NCBI RefSeq assembly: GCF_054482595.1
Contig: NZ_JBTHVH010000004.1
Length of the DNA: 64,000 nt
From: a plasmid
Reading direction: 5' to 3' (one strand)
The translations under genes and the position numbers were made by a program. The notes under the pieces were generated by a model. It saw nothing but the letters and a program-made list of their open reading frames with translations, was not told the DNA's origin and made no database searches. Below are positions 18,492-28,277 of the stretch, piece after piece (the first letter of the stretch is position 1; every line of letters begins with the position of its first letter).

Positions 18492-21479
18492 ATGGCAAGG
18501 AGGCAGATTCTTTCTCTGTCGGAAAGAGAATCATTACTGGCATTACCGGACGATGAGTTAACGCTGACCCGAATGGCCTATTTCAGTGAGCATGATCTGG
18601 CGCTTATCAGTGCTCACCGTAAACCCGCCAGCCGTTTTGGTTTTGCCGTCCTTCTTTGCTATCTGAAAAATGTCGGCTTTGCCCCGGATAAAAAAATCTC
18701 TCCCTCTGATGCGCTGCTGAAGCATATCGCCAGCAGGCTAAAGCTTACCGGGGATCTCTGGCCTGCTTACCTTTCCGGCCGGGATACGACCCTGCGTGAG
18801 CATTTAACCGAACTGTACCGCTATCTTGGCGTAAAGGCGTTCACCGGCAAAATACAGCAGGACTGTATTACGCACCTGTTATCGATGGCGACGCGCACCG
18901 ATAAAGGCATTCTCCTAGCCGAAGAGTTACTTGTCTATCTCCGGCAGAACAACGTGATAATCCCCGCGATTGATGTCGTGGAGCGTACCTGTGCTGAAGT
19001 CATGGCAGGCGGCGATAAAATCGTATTTCAGACCCTGAATGCCCCGTTAACTCCGGCTCACAGGGATGCCCTGGATCATTTACTTGAGTCATCAGATAAT
19101 CAGCCTTCCAGGCTGACATGGCTTCTGCAACCGCCGGGTAAAATCAATGGTAAGAACGTGCTGCAACATCTTGATCGGCTCAGCAGCATTGAATCGCTGG
19201 CATTACCTGAAGGTATAGATCGTACCATTCACCAGAACCGGTTGCTGAAACTGGCGCGGGAAGGCCGAAAGATGAGTAGCCGGGATTTGACCCGATTTTC
19301 AGCTGCCCGGCGTCATGCGATCCTGGTGTGCGTGCTGGAAGAAGCCAGAGCCACACTGACAGACGAAGTGATTGAGCTGCATGAGCGAATGCTGAATAGT
19401 CTTTTCAGCAAAGCCAAACGAACACAGGCTGAGCGCCTTCAGCAGACCGGAAAGCTGATCCAGTCAAAACTGAGGCAGTACATCGATGTCGGTCAGGCGC
19501 TGTCTGATGCCCGTGATTCCGGTGGCGATCCCTGGCTCGCAATAGAAAACATACTCCCATGGGCTGAATTTGTCGCCAGTCTGGATGAAACACGCCATCT
19601 CGCCAGAAAAAATAATTTTGACCCGCTGCATATTATTACCGAGAAATACAGCACATTACGGAAATATGCCCCACGCATGTTGTCCGCTTTACAGTTAGTC
19701 GCAACCCCGGCAGCGCAACCTCTGGCTGATGCACTGGTTGTGATCAAGGATATGTACCGGAAGCAGTCACGTAAAGTTCCGGCGGCAGCGCCGCTTGAGT
19801 TTGTCCCTGAAAGCTGGCGCAAGGTGGTGATTACACCTGTGGGTATTGACCGGCAGTACTATGAGTTTTGTGCACTCAGCGAGCTTAAGGGGGCGTTGCG
19901 CTCCGGGGATATCTGGGTTAAAGGCTCGCGCCGCTACAAAAATTTTGATGATTACCTCATACCCGAGAAGGACTTTGACAAACTCACACCGGCACTGCCA
20001 CTGCCCGTATCTGCTGATTATCATGAGTACATTACCAGCCGTATGACCCTGCTTCAGTCCAGACTTGAAGAGGTCAATGCCATGGCTGCCCTTGGTGAAC
20101 TGCCCGATGTGGAAATATCCGACAGGGGCGTAAAAGTCTCTCCGCTGGATAACTGCGTTCCGGCGCAGGTTTCACCGCTGGCAGAGCTGGTTTACAGCAT
20201 GCTACCGCGACCTAAAATCACGGAAATTCTCGATGAGGTAAACAGCTGGACGACGTTTACCCGACATTTTTCGCATATAAAAAATGACATTACCCGTCCC
20301 GATACCCGCTTGCTCCTCACCACCATTCTTGCGGATGGCATCAATCTTGGCCTGACCAAAATGGCAGAAGCCTGCCCCGGGAGCACCAAATCATCACTCG
20401 AAGATATTCAGGCATGGTACATCCGTGACGAAACCTATTCAGCCGCTCTTGCAGAGCTGGTAAATGCGCAGGGGAAAAGACCGTTGGCGGCATTTTGGGG
20501 AGACGGAACAACGTCATCATCAGATGGACAAAATTTCAGAACCGGCAGCTCAGGCCGCTACGCAGGGCAGGTTAACCCGAAATATGGGCAAGAGCCTGGA
20601 CGTCAGTTTTATACCCATATTTCGGATCAATACAGCCCGTTTTACACCTGCATAATCAGTCGGGTCAGGGATTCAACCCATGTTCTCGATGGCTTGCTGT
20701 ACCACGAAAGCGACCTGGAAATCAGGGAACATTACACCGATACCGCTGGTTTCACCGATCATGTCTTTGCCCTGATGCATCTGTTGGGATTTGCGTTCTG
20801 TCCGCGAATCAGGGATCTCCACGACAAAAAACTGTTTATCAAAGGGAAAGCAGAGAAATACCCGGCGCTTCAGTCACTGATATCAACGACCAGCCTGAAT
20901 CTGAAAGAGATCGAAATCCACTGGCGTGAAGTGCTGCGTCTGGCAACCTCGATAAAGCAGGGAACCGTGACGGCATCCCTGATGCTGAAAAAGCTTGCCA
21001 GCTATCCCAAGCAAAACGGACTTGCCAAAGCACTGAGAGAAATTGGCCGCATTGAGCGAACCCTGTTTATGCTCGACTGGTTCCGCGACCCGGCTCTGCG
21101 TCGGCGGGTACAGGCGGGGCTGAATAAAGGCGAAGCCCGTAACGCGCTGGCGCGTGCGGTATTTATGCACCGACTGGGAGAAATCAGGGACAGAAAACCG
21201 GAAAATCAGAGCTATCGCGCCAGTGGACTGACGCTGCTGACGGCTGCCATATCCCTGTGGAATACCGTCTATATGGAAAGAGCGGTCGATGCCCTGAAGC
21301 GTAAAGGGGTGAAGATCAACGAGCAACTGCTGTCGCATTTGTCGCCGTTGGGCTGGGAACACATCAATCTGACAGGTGATTATATCTGGAAAAGCAACCG
21401 GATACCGGCTTCTGGTAAGTTTCGTCGGCTAAGACCAGCTAAAGTCGAAAGGTCAAAAAACAGCCTTAACGTACAATAA
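18492..21479 (+). CDS. tnpA: Tn3-family transposase (995 aa) of an unrecognised member
   Basis: The N-terminus [19 protein letters not shown]... resembles the Tn21 subgroup, with full DDE region motifs. The gene ends inside a 38-bp IR. Confidence 0.85.
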   Translation: MARRQILSLSERESLLALPDDELTLTRMAYFSEHDLALISAHRKPASRFGFAVLLCYLKNVGFAPDKKISPSDALLKHIASRLKLTGDLWPAYLSGRDTTLREHLTELYRYLGVKAFTGKIQQDCITHLLSMATRTDKGILLAEELLVYLRQNNVIIPAIDVVERTCAEVMAGGDKIVFQTLNAPLTPAHRDALDHLLESSDNQPSRLTWLLQPPGKINGKNVLQHLDRLSSIESLALPEGIDRTIHQNRLLKLAREGRKMSSRDLTRFSAARRHAILVCVLEEARATLTDEVIELHERMLNSLFSKAKRTQAERLQQTGKLIQSKLRQYIDVGQALSDARDSGGDPWLAIENILPWAEFVASLDETRHLARKNNFDPLHIITEKYSTLRKYAPRMLSALQLVATPAAQPLADALVVIKDMYRKQSRKVPAAAPLEFVPESWRKVVITPVGIDRQYYEFCALSELKGALRSGDIWVKGSRRYKNFDDYLIPEKDFDKLTPALPLPVSADYHEYITSRMTLLQSRLEEVNAMAALGELPDVEISDRGVKVSPLDNCVPAQVSPLAELVYSMLPRPKITEILDEVNSWTTFTRHFSHIKNDITRPDTRLLLTTILADGINLGLTKMAEACPGSTKSSLEDIQAWYIRDETYSAALAELVNAQGKRPLAAFWGDGTTSSSDGQNFRTGSSGRYAGQVNPKYGQEPGRQFYTHISDQYSPFYTCIISRVRDSTHVLDGLLYHESDLEIREHYTDTAGFTDHVFALMHLLGFAFCPRIRDLHDKKLFIKGKAEKYPALQSLISTTSLNLKEIEIHWREVLRLATSIKQGTVTASLMLKKLASYPKQNGLAKALREIGRIERTLFMLDWFRDPALRRRVQAGLNKGEARNALARAVFMHRLGEIRDRKPENQSYRASGLTLLTAAISLWNTVYMERAVDALKRKGVKINEQLLSHLSPLGWEHINLTGDYIWKSNRIPASGKFRRLRPAKVERSKNSLNVQ

Positions 21480-21502
21480 TTTTCGATATCCAAACTGACC
21501 CC
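21465..21502. repeat. 38-bp Tn3-family terminal IR (outer end 21502): GGGGTCAGTTTGGATATCGAAAATTATTGTACGTTAAG
   Basis: The IR starts GGGG and ends ACGTTAAG as in the Tn3/Tn1000 group. It overlaps the tnpA stop. Confidence 0.65.
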
Positions 21503-21832
21503 GAATACAAGGACAATGCCGGTACCGCCTGATTACTTCTGGCGTCGTCTACAATGTTACTCCAGGCATATGCTGCGTCGTCCGGGGTTTGTTTTGGATC
21601 TATGTCCAATGTCGGCCAGACGTGGCCCTGATGATTCTTGCCCTTTGTACAGGAAGTGATTAAGTGTACTGAGCGTTCAGAGAACATTATCTTCCTTACA
21701 TACCCATAGAACAGCTTTCTAAGAACGGTGGGCTCGGCTGAAAATTACAAATCAGCCCCTTTCACGGCATCATTTTGATTCTTCGCGTCTGCCCCAGTAA
21801 GATGACCGGTTTTCTGCATGACAGTGTTATTC

Positions 21833-22126
21833 CTAACAAACGCAACACAAAACCACGCCAGCCAGAGCAAATTTTTTCATTTGCTGCGTAAAGAGCCTAT
21901 TGTTTTCTCTTTTAAGCTTCGCCCACTCGTTACAGAGGGTAACATCATCAAGCGCTGTTATATGCTTCGCCTCACCTTCGACGATAACGGTATGGATACC
22001 GTATGCTGTAAATCTCATACTATTTTCCAGAACCCAGTTGCGGTATTCGTCGAGTCCACCTTCGGAACCGGTAGCTCTGCGCCACATTTCAATTTGCTTG
22101 TGTGATGGGTCAAGTGTACTTGTCAT
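21833..22126 (-). CDS. Hypothetical protein (97 aa), Cys-rich C-terminus
   Basis: ORF only; ends ...ALAGVVLCCVC. Confidence 0.3.
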   Translation of the reverse strand: MTSTLDPSHKQIEMWRRATGSEGGLDEYRNWVLENSMRFTAYGIHTVIVEGEAKHITALDDVTLCNEWAKLKRENNRLFTQQMKKFALAGVVLCCVC

Positions 22127-22139
22127 TGAAGCCTCGTCT

Positions 22140-22768
22140 CAGCGATAACGCTTGAAATAGCCCGCTTTGGTCATCATGAAATTAGCCATCTGACTGGCGA
22201 TTTGATTGTATCTTACTCATAGTGCCCTACCTATAGGTTAAAAAGGGGCATTTTCGCTTTATAGCGTGTTCAGCAGCATCAATCCTCCCAAGAAAGGCTG
22301 GCTTATTAAGCCGGTCCATCATTTTCTGTATATCTCTCATCAATTTTTATATCCGCCCTGGAGTGCACCGTTCAAGCACACCGATTAGGCAGATAGTCAC
22401 TAGTTAACTCTTTACTAGTGACTAAATTCCATTGATATACGTGACAACGTCACGTCATGAAAGCTTTTAAATGCCTATTTTTCATACAATGGGATTTAAT
22501 TAGGAGTAAATCCCATAGGCTTACATAAGGATGACAATTAAAAGCGTTAAATATCAACCAGATAGAATGATTACCCCCAATTAATGGGCTCATCACATTA
22601 TTTCACTGGCTGGGGTTATTGCTGGCATATCTGAAAGTGCTAATATGTTAGTCATTAGTAATTAGTAAAGCCTTTACTAAACGCGTTTCTACGTAAATTC
22701 TATAGGTTTTATAGTGTCCTACCTTTGCTCAAATCAAAATGTTCTGACATACCAAAATGGAGTGTAAA
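22140..22768. promoter_or_regulatory. AT-rich non-coding region carrying several perfect inverted repeats
   Basis: tagtcactagt-N9-actagtgacta at 22394-22424, acgtgac-aac-gtcacgt at 22439-22455, and ttagtaaag-c-ctttactaa at 22662-22680. Confidence 0.45.
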
Positions 22769-23587
22769 ATGACTCAAAACCAGGGTTCTGAGCCAGTACC
22801 GGCGAGCCGGACAGGGCAGCTCATCAGCGCCCGGGATATGGCCATGCAGAAATTCGAAGAAGGGATGCGGTTAATCTCGGAAGCGTCGGAACTGTGCGGT
22901 CTCTCTCTCTTCACCAGCAGAATTATGCAGCCCAACGCATTTGGTCTTCCGTCGTCACTGGATCGCACCATCGAGGAGGGGCGTAAGGAAATTGACCGTA
23001 AAACGTGGAAAAGGCTCTTTGAAGAAACAGGTATGGACCGGTACTGGAACCATAAGCAAAAAGAAGCCTTTAACGAATCCCTTCGTACGGATCCGCCCGT
23101 CGCTTCCCTGGAGATTGTTAAGGGAACATTACAGCATGCACTGGCTAACAGACGAGACACCCTTGCAGAAGGTTTCGTTGATGTTCTCAACAAGCTTGAC
23201 CGAAGTTTCAAAAGCAATGCCAGGCAATATACAATGCCAAAAAAGCTTGTTCTTCGGGGGATTTTTCCTGGTGTGAACGTGCTGAGGTACAACGGTTTCT
23301 CGCAGGACAATCACTTTTGTTTACGCGACTTTGAGAATATTGTATGCATCTGTTCTGATACTCCAACACCTGCAACCGGCGGTGGGCTGAGTATGGTCGA
23401 CAGGCTGACGGCCATGAGAAATACAGAATTCACAGGCGAGGTCAGTGATGAGAATGGCTGGCGGTGTCGCCTGTTTGAGAATGGAAACGTTCATATTTGC
23501 ATCGACAGTATCTCGCTTCTGAATGCTCTGAACGATCTTATCAGCATATATTTTGCAAACCAGCTTCCGGCCGCAGGAAAAAAATGA
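22769..23587 (+). CDS. Hypothetical protein (272 aa)
   Basis: ORF with a ggagtg RBS; function not recognised. Confidence 0.5.
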   Translation: MTQNQGSEPVPASRTGQLISARDMAMQKFEEGMRLISEASELCGLSLFTSRIMQPNAFGLPSSLDRTIEEGRKEIDRKTWKRLFEETGMDRYWNHKQKEAFNESLRTDPPVASLEIVKGTLQHALANRRDTLAEGFVDVLNKLDRSFKSNARQYTMPKKLVLRGIFPGVNVLRYNGFSQDNHFCLRDFENIVCICSDTPTPATGGGLSMVDRLTAMRNTEFTGEVSDENGWRCRLFENGNVHICIDSISLLNALNDLISIYFANQLPAAGKK

Positions 23588-24789
23588 TGATTGAAAATGA
23601 TAAAGAAAAAAGCCTGAACGATGCTACCCCGCCAGAGGTGCAGAATGACATCCGCAGCGAATCCACTGAAAAATCAAAGGAAATGGGTCGTTCAAGGTAC
23701 TCATCTATCGCGATGATCGATTACTTCAATGCAATCGAACGTCTGTGCAAAGAGAAAGAAATTAACCCGGAAAATATCGATCTGAGCTTCAAAGTTCACT
23801 GGCTCAGAAACGCTGTTGGCGGCTCGTTTGCAAGGTCACAGGAGATGTTCGCGGAGTACCAGAAGTATGTTAAAGAGGTTCCTGAAGAGGCCCGTTACCT
23901 GGATATACCCGATGAGGTAAAGGTTGCACTCGGCGATATTATCTCGTACATCACCTGGCACTACCGTAGAAGCTATACCGCAATACAGAATGATAGTGTT
24001 AAAAAAGCTGAAGCACGTAGCATGCAGCTGGAGGAGGAGGTAACGCAGCTGTTACAGCGGCTTGAGCAAAGCGCTACCGATATGGATGAGCTGAAACTTG
24101 AGAATCAGGCACTACAGGGTCGATTAGAGATCCGGGACAGTACCGTCAAGGAGTTAGAAACAAGGCTGAATGTTGCCGAAGCAGAACTCGAAACCTGCCA
24201 TCACCAGTTAGATAGCACACGGCATGAATTGAGCCTCGCACAGCAGTCAAATGACTCACTCTCCCAGCAACTGGCTGAACGTAAAACAGAGATCGCTGGT
24301 CACCTTGAATATCAAAAAAAGCTGAACGAAGAGATCAACACGCAGCGTTCTGATAACGCCGGTCTTTCCAGACAATGCGACCAGTTAAGTCAGACTGTGT
24401 CAGATACAAAGGCAGAGAGGGACAGGTTTGAACAGGAATTGATTGCTGCACAGAACCTTTGTACTGAGCTGAAAAGTGCACTGTCCGGGAAAGAGGGTGA
24501 CCTGGTGGCGGTGAATGCCGAGCTTACTGAACTCCATAAACTAAACGAGTCGCTGAGCGCCGACCTGAATAAAGTAACTTTGGTCAGCCAGGGCTATGAA
24601 GCGGAAGTGGCTGAACAAAGCAATGAACTCAAAACGCTCCAGGCCAAAGTAATGAAGCTGGAAGCTACCCTGGAGGCGGAGAAAACAATCTCAGAATCCC
24701 TAAAAGGCACCATTGATACATTAACTGGTGCAATGGCAGGGGGAGGTACTGGAAAGTCAAAACAGCCGCGTAGCAGAAAAACATCATGA
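23584..24789 (+). CDS. Coiled-coil protein (401 aa). It has an N-terminal globular domain plus a long heptad-rich region and resembles KfrA or SMC proteins.
   Basis: Its start overlaps the upstream stop as ATGATGA. The region is rich in Q/E/L/K repeats: LEEEVTQLLQRLEQSATDMDELKLENQALQGRLE... Confidence 0.55.
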   Translation: MMIENDKEKSLNDATPPEVQNDIRSESTEKSKEMGRSRYSSIAMIDYFNAIERLCKEKEINPENIDLSFKVHWLRNAVGGSFARSQEMFAEYQKYVKEVPEEARYLDIPDEVKVALGDIISYITWHYRRSYTAIQNDSVKKAEARSMQLEEEVTQLLQRLEQSATDMDELKLENQALQGRLEIRDSTVKELETRLNVAEAELETCHHQLDSTRHELSLAQQSNDSLSQQLAERKTEIAGHLEYQKKLNEEINTQRSDNAGLSRQCDQLSQTVSDTKAERDRFEQELIAAQNLCTELKSALSGKEGDLVAVNAELTELHKLNESLSADLNKVTLVSQGYEAEVAEQSNELKTLQAKVMKLEATLEAEKTISESLKGTIDTLTGAMAGGGTGKSKQPRSRKTS

Positions 24790-24852
24790 TAAATGAAGCC
24801 AGGTTGATACACTTCTCTGCATCCCCTGGCACATAAGAACTTCTGCGGACAT

Positions 24853-25056
24853 TCAGCCCGTCCGCAGGAGTTTTCGTCCTTCAGTCAACAAATGCACTAC
24901 CTTTTTTGAGTCTCCACTTTCCAGAGCAGAAAACACGTTACCGATTCTACCAACAGCTTGTATCTGAGTGATAACCCCAGTCTTGTAATCATCTAGGATC
25001 CCTGACAGGAAAGCGTTCAGTTTTGTCTGTTCGCTTAGCGAAAGCATGTAGGACAT
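24853..25056 (-). CDS. Small hypothetical protein (67 aa), possibly the last gene of the dcm-like operon
   Basis: ORF starting 12 nt after the DUF1173-like stop. Confidence 0.25.
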   Translation of the reverse strand: MSYMLSLSEQTKLNAFLSGILDDYKTGVITQIQAVGRIGNVFSALESGDSKKVVHLLTEGRKLLRTG

Positions 25057-25068
25057 TTTTTCTCCATT

Positions 25069-26388
25069 TTAAGCAGGTGTGTCAGTTGAAAGAGGTTTGC
25101 GTGATTCTGGAAAATGAGGCAGCACCATAGTTTCAGATGCTGTGGTCGCATCCCAGTGCCACCATCCATAAGGCCCATATTCACGGTTGTAATAATCTTT
25201 TTTGAGTTGCTTTCGGGCCAGATAAGCAGGAGTGGCCATACCAAATACTTCCATCGGGAACGGCTTATCGCTTTTTGTGTCGAGCAGGTAGAAGTCAGGG
25301 AACACCTCACTAATACTCGCATCATAACGCATGGGCTTAACGTACTGCCGGTGCTCTGCATCCAGCTTTTCTGCAACAACCGCCTCATAGGAGGAGTCCA
25401 GAGGTATCCAGTTCTCGCTAACGTGCATCAGCACAATTTGATGAGCTCTTACAGAAGGGCCTCTGCCGGTTACCGCAGCTGGTGACGTCAACGCAAAGAC
25501 AACTATTTTCGCCCCGGATTTCCATGCTGCGTACTCCGATGAAAATCGTTTCTTTACGCTATCCCAATGGACTTCTGAATTGAAAAAAATCAGCGGTAGC
25601 CCCCCAAAATTCCGCAGGGGTAAAAATTTAAGTGGCTTCTCATGCTTTTCAGCATCGTAGCGAGGTAAAACTGACAGGAGCATGAGACGTTTATCACTCA
25701 TCGCCTGTGATGAAAGACGCTGAATTTGCGACTGAGCGACAGGTTGTTTCGGGTCAGGTACACCAATGAATAAATGGTCACCTATGCAGGCTCTGCCGGT
25801 ACGAATTTGTTTAGCGGTTTCAAGCAGACGATACCGTACCAGTGAATCGTTACGTTTCCCTGCCATTTTCGGGTACCAGACATTCAGACCAGACTCTGTC
25901 CACAAAAGACTAAGCAAGCCCAGGAGGGTCATTGAGGCCTGACCTCCTTCTGGTCGCTGAACATGGGGCAGGGGAGGCACTTCTGATTTTTCAGGAGGAT
26001 CTTTCTCTGTCATACCGATACCGAGCCTTACAGCCATATCACCTTCGGTTGTAATCCGGACCACACCACTCGCATATCCTTTCAGGCCGGTATGCCGGGC
26101 ATCAAGGGAGAAGAATACACAGGAAGGATCATGCTCAATGCCCGTGTTAGCGGCTTTGACGAGAATAAAGGCATCACCGTTCGGTAAAGCACGAACATAA
26201 AGTCGCTTTTCTCCTTTTCCACGACATCCGCAGGTGATGACTGATTTTTGACCTGAGGTGTGGTGTGCCTTTTTAAGAGCCGACTGCCACCCTTTAGCAA
26301 ACTCATCCTGCGTTTGAAAGTCAGGTGAATACCTTTTGACGTTTGGATCGTCGTCGTAAGCAATCATCACTGCGAATTTTTGGCTCAT
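25069..26388 (-). CDS. DUF1173-like protein (439 aa)
   Basis: Length and content look like the ~400-aa DUF1173 family. This is from memory and needs profile confirmation. Confidence 0.45.
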   Translation of the reverse strand: MSQKFAVMIAYDDDPNVKRYSPDFQTQDEFAKGWQSALKKAHHTSGQKSVITCGCRGKGEKRLYVRALPNGDAFILVKAANTGIEHDPSCVFFSLDARHTGLKGYASGVVRITTEGDMAVRLGIGMTEKDPPEKSEVPPLPHVQRPEGGQASMTLLGLLSLLWTESGLNVWYPKMAGKRNDSLVRYRLLETAKQIRTGRACIGDHLFIGVPDPKQPVAQSQIQRLSSQAMSDKRLMLLSVLPRYDAEKHEKPLKFLPLRNFGGLPLIFFNSEVHWDSVKKRFSSEYAAWKSGAKIVVFALTSPAAVTGRGPSVRAHQIVLMHVSENWIPLDSSYEAVVAEKLDAEHRQYVKPMRYDASISEVFPDFYLLDTKSDKPFPMEVFGMATPAYLARKQLKKDYYNREYGPYGWWHWDATTASETMVLPHFPESRKPLSTDTPA

Positions 26389-26410
26389 AGTAGTCTCCTA
26401 AACAGGAAGT

Positions 26411-26578
26411 TTAATATCCCAACCAGAGCAACACTTCCTGAGCGTCATACTGTTCCTTTACGCCCATGTCGCTAAAGAATTCTTCGAAATCTGTTTCGGG
26501 AACGCAATGCCTGGACAGTTCTTGTAATGCTCGTTCTTTAGATACCGTCTCACCTTCAGCTGATTCGAAATACGTCAT
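26411..26578 (-). CDS. Small acidic protein (55 aa) between the MTase and the DUF1173 gene
   Basis: MTYFESAEGETVSKERALQELSRHCVPETDFEEFFSDMGVKEQYDAQEVLLWLGY. It is below the ORF-track cutoff and was found by reading the sequence. Confidence 0.35.
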   Translation of the reverse strand: MTYFESAEGETVSKERALQELSRHCVPETDFEEFFSDMGVKEQYDAQEVLLWLGY

Positions 26579-26638
26579 GGTTGACCTCTGACATTATTAC
26601 AACAATCTTAAGCATTTAAATTGATGAAGGAGCTCAGG

Positions 26639-28066
26639 TCAGCTGACTTCGTCGTAAAACTGCCGCAAGCGCTGGGAGGCTGCAAATTCAATTCGTGACT
26701 TCAGCAGTTTGGCGACGGCCGCAAAGACATCAACGACCACGGAGTTCCCAAACTGTCTGTAAGCCTGTGTATTGGACACAGGGATACGGAAAACACTTTC
26801 CCCGGGTTTATCGAAGCCCATTAGCCTGCTGCATTCACGTGGCGTTAGCATGCGTGGCCGACGGTCCATGTTGTATGTGTTATGGAAATCAGTTTCTCCC
26901 AGTTCATGAGACCAGCCCCGATCAATAAGAATTTCAGATCCGTCTTTCATATAGCGGCTTGAGAGGGTTATGGTGACACTATTAACATTGGAAGGATCTA
27001 CTAGTCCAAAACCAAAACCATTGCCTTTTGCCGCATGTTTCTTTGCATAGTTGTATAAGTACTCCCAGAGTTTAGGGGAGAGGATGTATTTACTATCTAC
27101 GCTCGGATCCAGTAAATCTGAGAGAGAAGGGCGCTTGTCCGGATAAAAGTCTTTAATGTCTCTCAGAGTAAAACCGTCTTTCAGACGTAGGTCGCGGCGA
27201 AAACCAATAAGGACGATACGTTCACGGTGCTGGGGTCGGAAATGACGGCCATCGATGACTTTAGGATCATCCGCGCCCGTGCTTTCGCTGTTTGCGACGT
27301 CGTAGCCAAGCTCATCGAGCGTTTTCATGATGATGTTAAAGGTATTACCCTTATCGTGACTCTTCAGATTTTTTACGTTTTCCAGAACAAAAATTGCAGG
27401 TTGTTTTGCCCGGATGATCCTGGCCACATCAAAGAAGAGCGTACCCTGAGTGTCGCACTCGAAACCGTGTTTGCGACCCATAGAGTTCTTTTTACTGACA
27501 CCGGCGATGCTGAATGGCTGGCATGGAAATCCCGCAAGAAGAACATCATGATCCGGGATAGAGGCATCGATAAATTTGTATGCCTCGTCATCAGTAACCT
27601 CGGGCCGGTTGCTAAGAGTGATGTCACGGATGTCTGAATTGAAGCGGTGCTCGTTCTCATCGCAATACCAGTTCGCCCGGTAAGTACGGCTGGAATAAGT
27701 ATTCCATTCGCTCGTGAAAAGACATTTACCACCGATGGCATCAAATCCGCTTCGCAGTCCACCTATCCCTGCAAACAGATCGATAAAGCTAAAGTGCCTG
27801 TCCTCATAATCAGCAGGTCGTGAAGGTATTAAAGTCTGTAGATAGCGTCCATCTGCGATACTCAGCTCACAATGCTCAGGTATGCATGTAACCTGACGTT
27901 TAAGGGATGCACGGGACCAATTACTGCCATTTTCATCATTTAATACCTGAGCCAGATATTTCAGGTCATAAATGGTCGAAGCTGTTAACAAAGTTTTGTG
28001 GATCAGAGATGGTGTTTTATCCACATCATTCAGGTCTGTCTCAAGATCATGAGTGTAACGTTTCAT
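26639..28066 (-). CDS. dcm: DNA-cytosine C5-methyltransferase, Dcm family (likely CCWGG-specific)
   Basis: Carries the motifs [24 protein letters not shown] and QRER. Alignment to E. coli Dcm is near-colinear at about 70-75% identity by eye. Confidence 0.85.
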   Translation of the reverse strand: MKRYTHDLETDLNDVDKTPSLIHKTLLTASTIYDLKYLAQVLNDENGSNWSRASLKRQVTCIPEHCELSIADGRYLQTLIPSRPADYEDRHFSFIDLFAGIGGLRSGFDAIGGKCLFTSEWNTYSSRTYRANWYCDENEHRFNSDIRDITLSNRPEVTDDEAYKFIDASIPDHDVLLAGFPCQPFSIAGVSKKNSMGRKHGFECDTQGTLFFDVARIIRAKQPAIFVLENVKNLKSHDKGNTFNIIMKTLDELGYDVANSESTGADDPKVIDGRHFRPQHRERIVLIGFRRDLRLKDGFTLRDIKDFYPDKRPSLSDLLDPSVDSKYILSPKLWEYLYNYAKKHAAKGNGFGFGLVDPSNVNSVTITLSSRYMKDGSEILIDRGWSHELGETDFHNTYNMDRRPRMLTPRECSRLMGFDKPGESVFRIPVSNTQAYRQFGNSVVVDVFAAVAKLLKSRIEFAASQRLRQFYDEVS

Positions 28067-28277
28067 CCAAACTCTCTCAGGAATAATATCTTTGAGATAG
28101 ATTAACACGCTTAATTTGGATTATTTTTTGGTTCAGGTTCTAAATTTATTGTGATTATTCTGCCTTTAAGTTGCAAAAAGATTGGTTTTAAGCCCGCCCA
28201 TGAAATAATGACTTGTTAAAATACTGCCTGTAAATAGGCTTGTGGATACATGTCTGTACTCAACAAATCAAGGTGAA

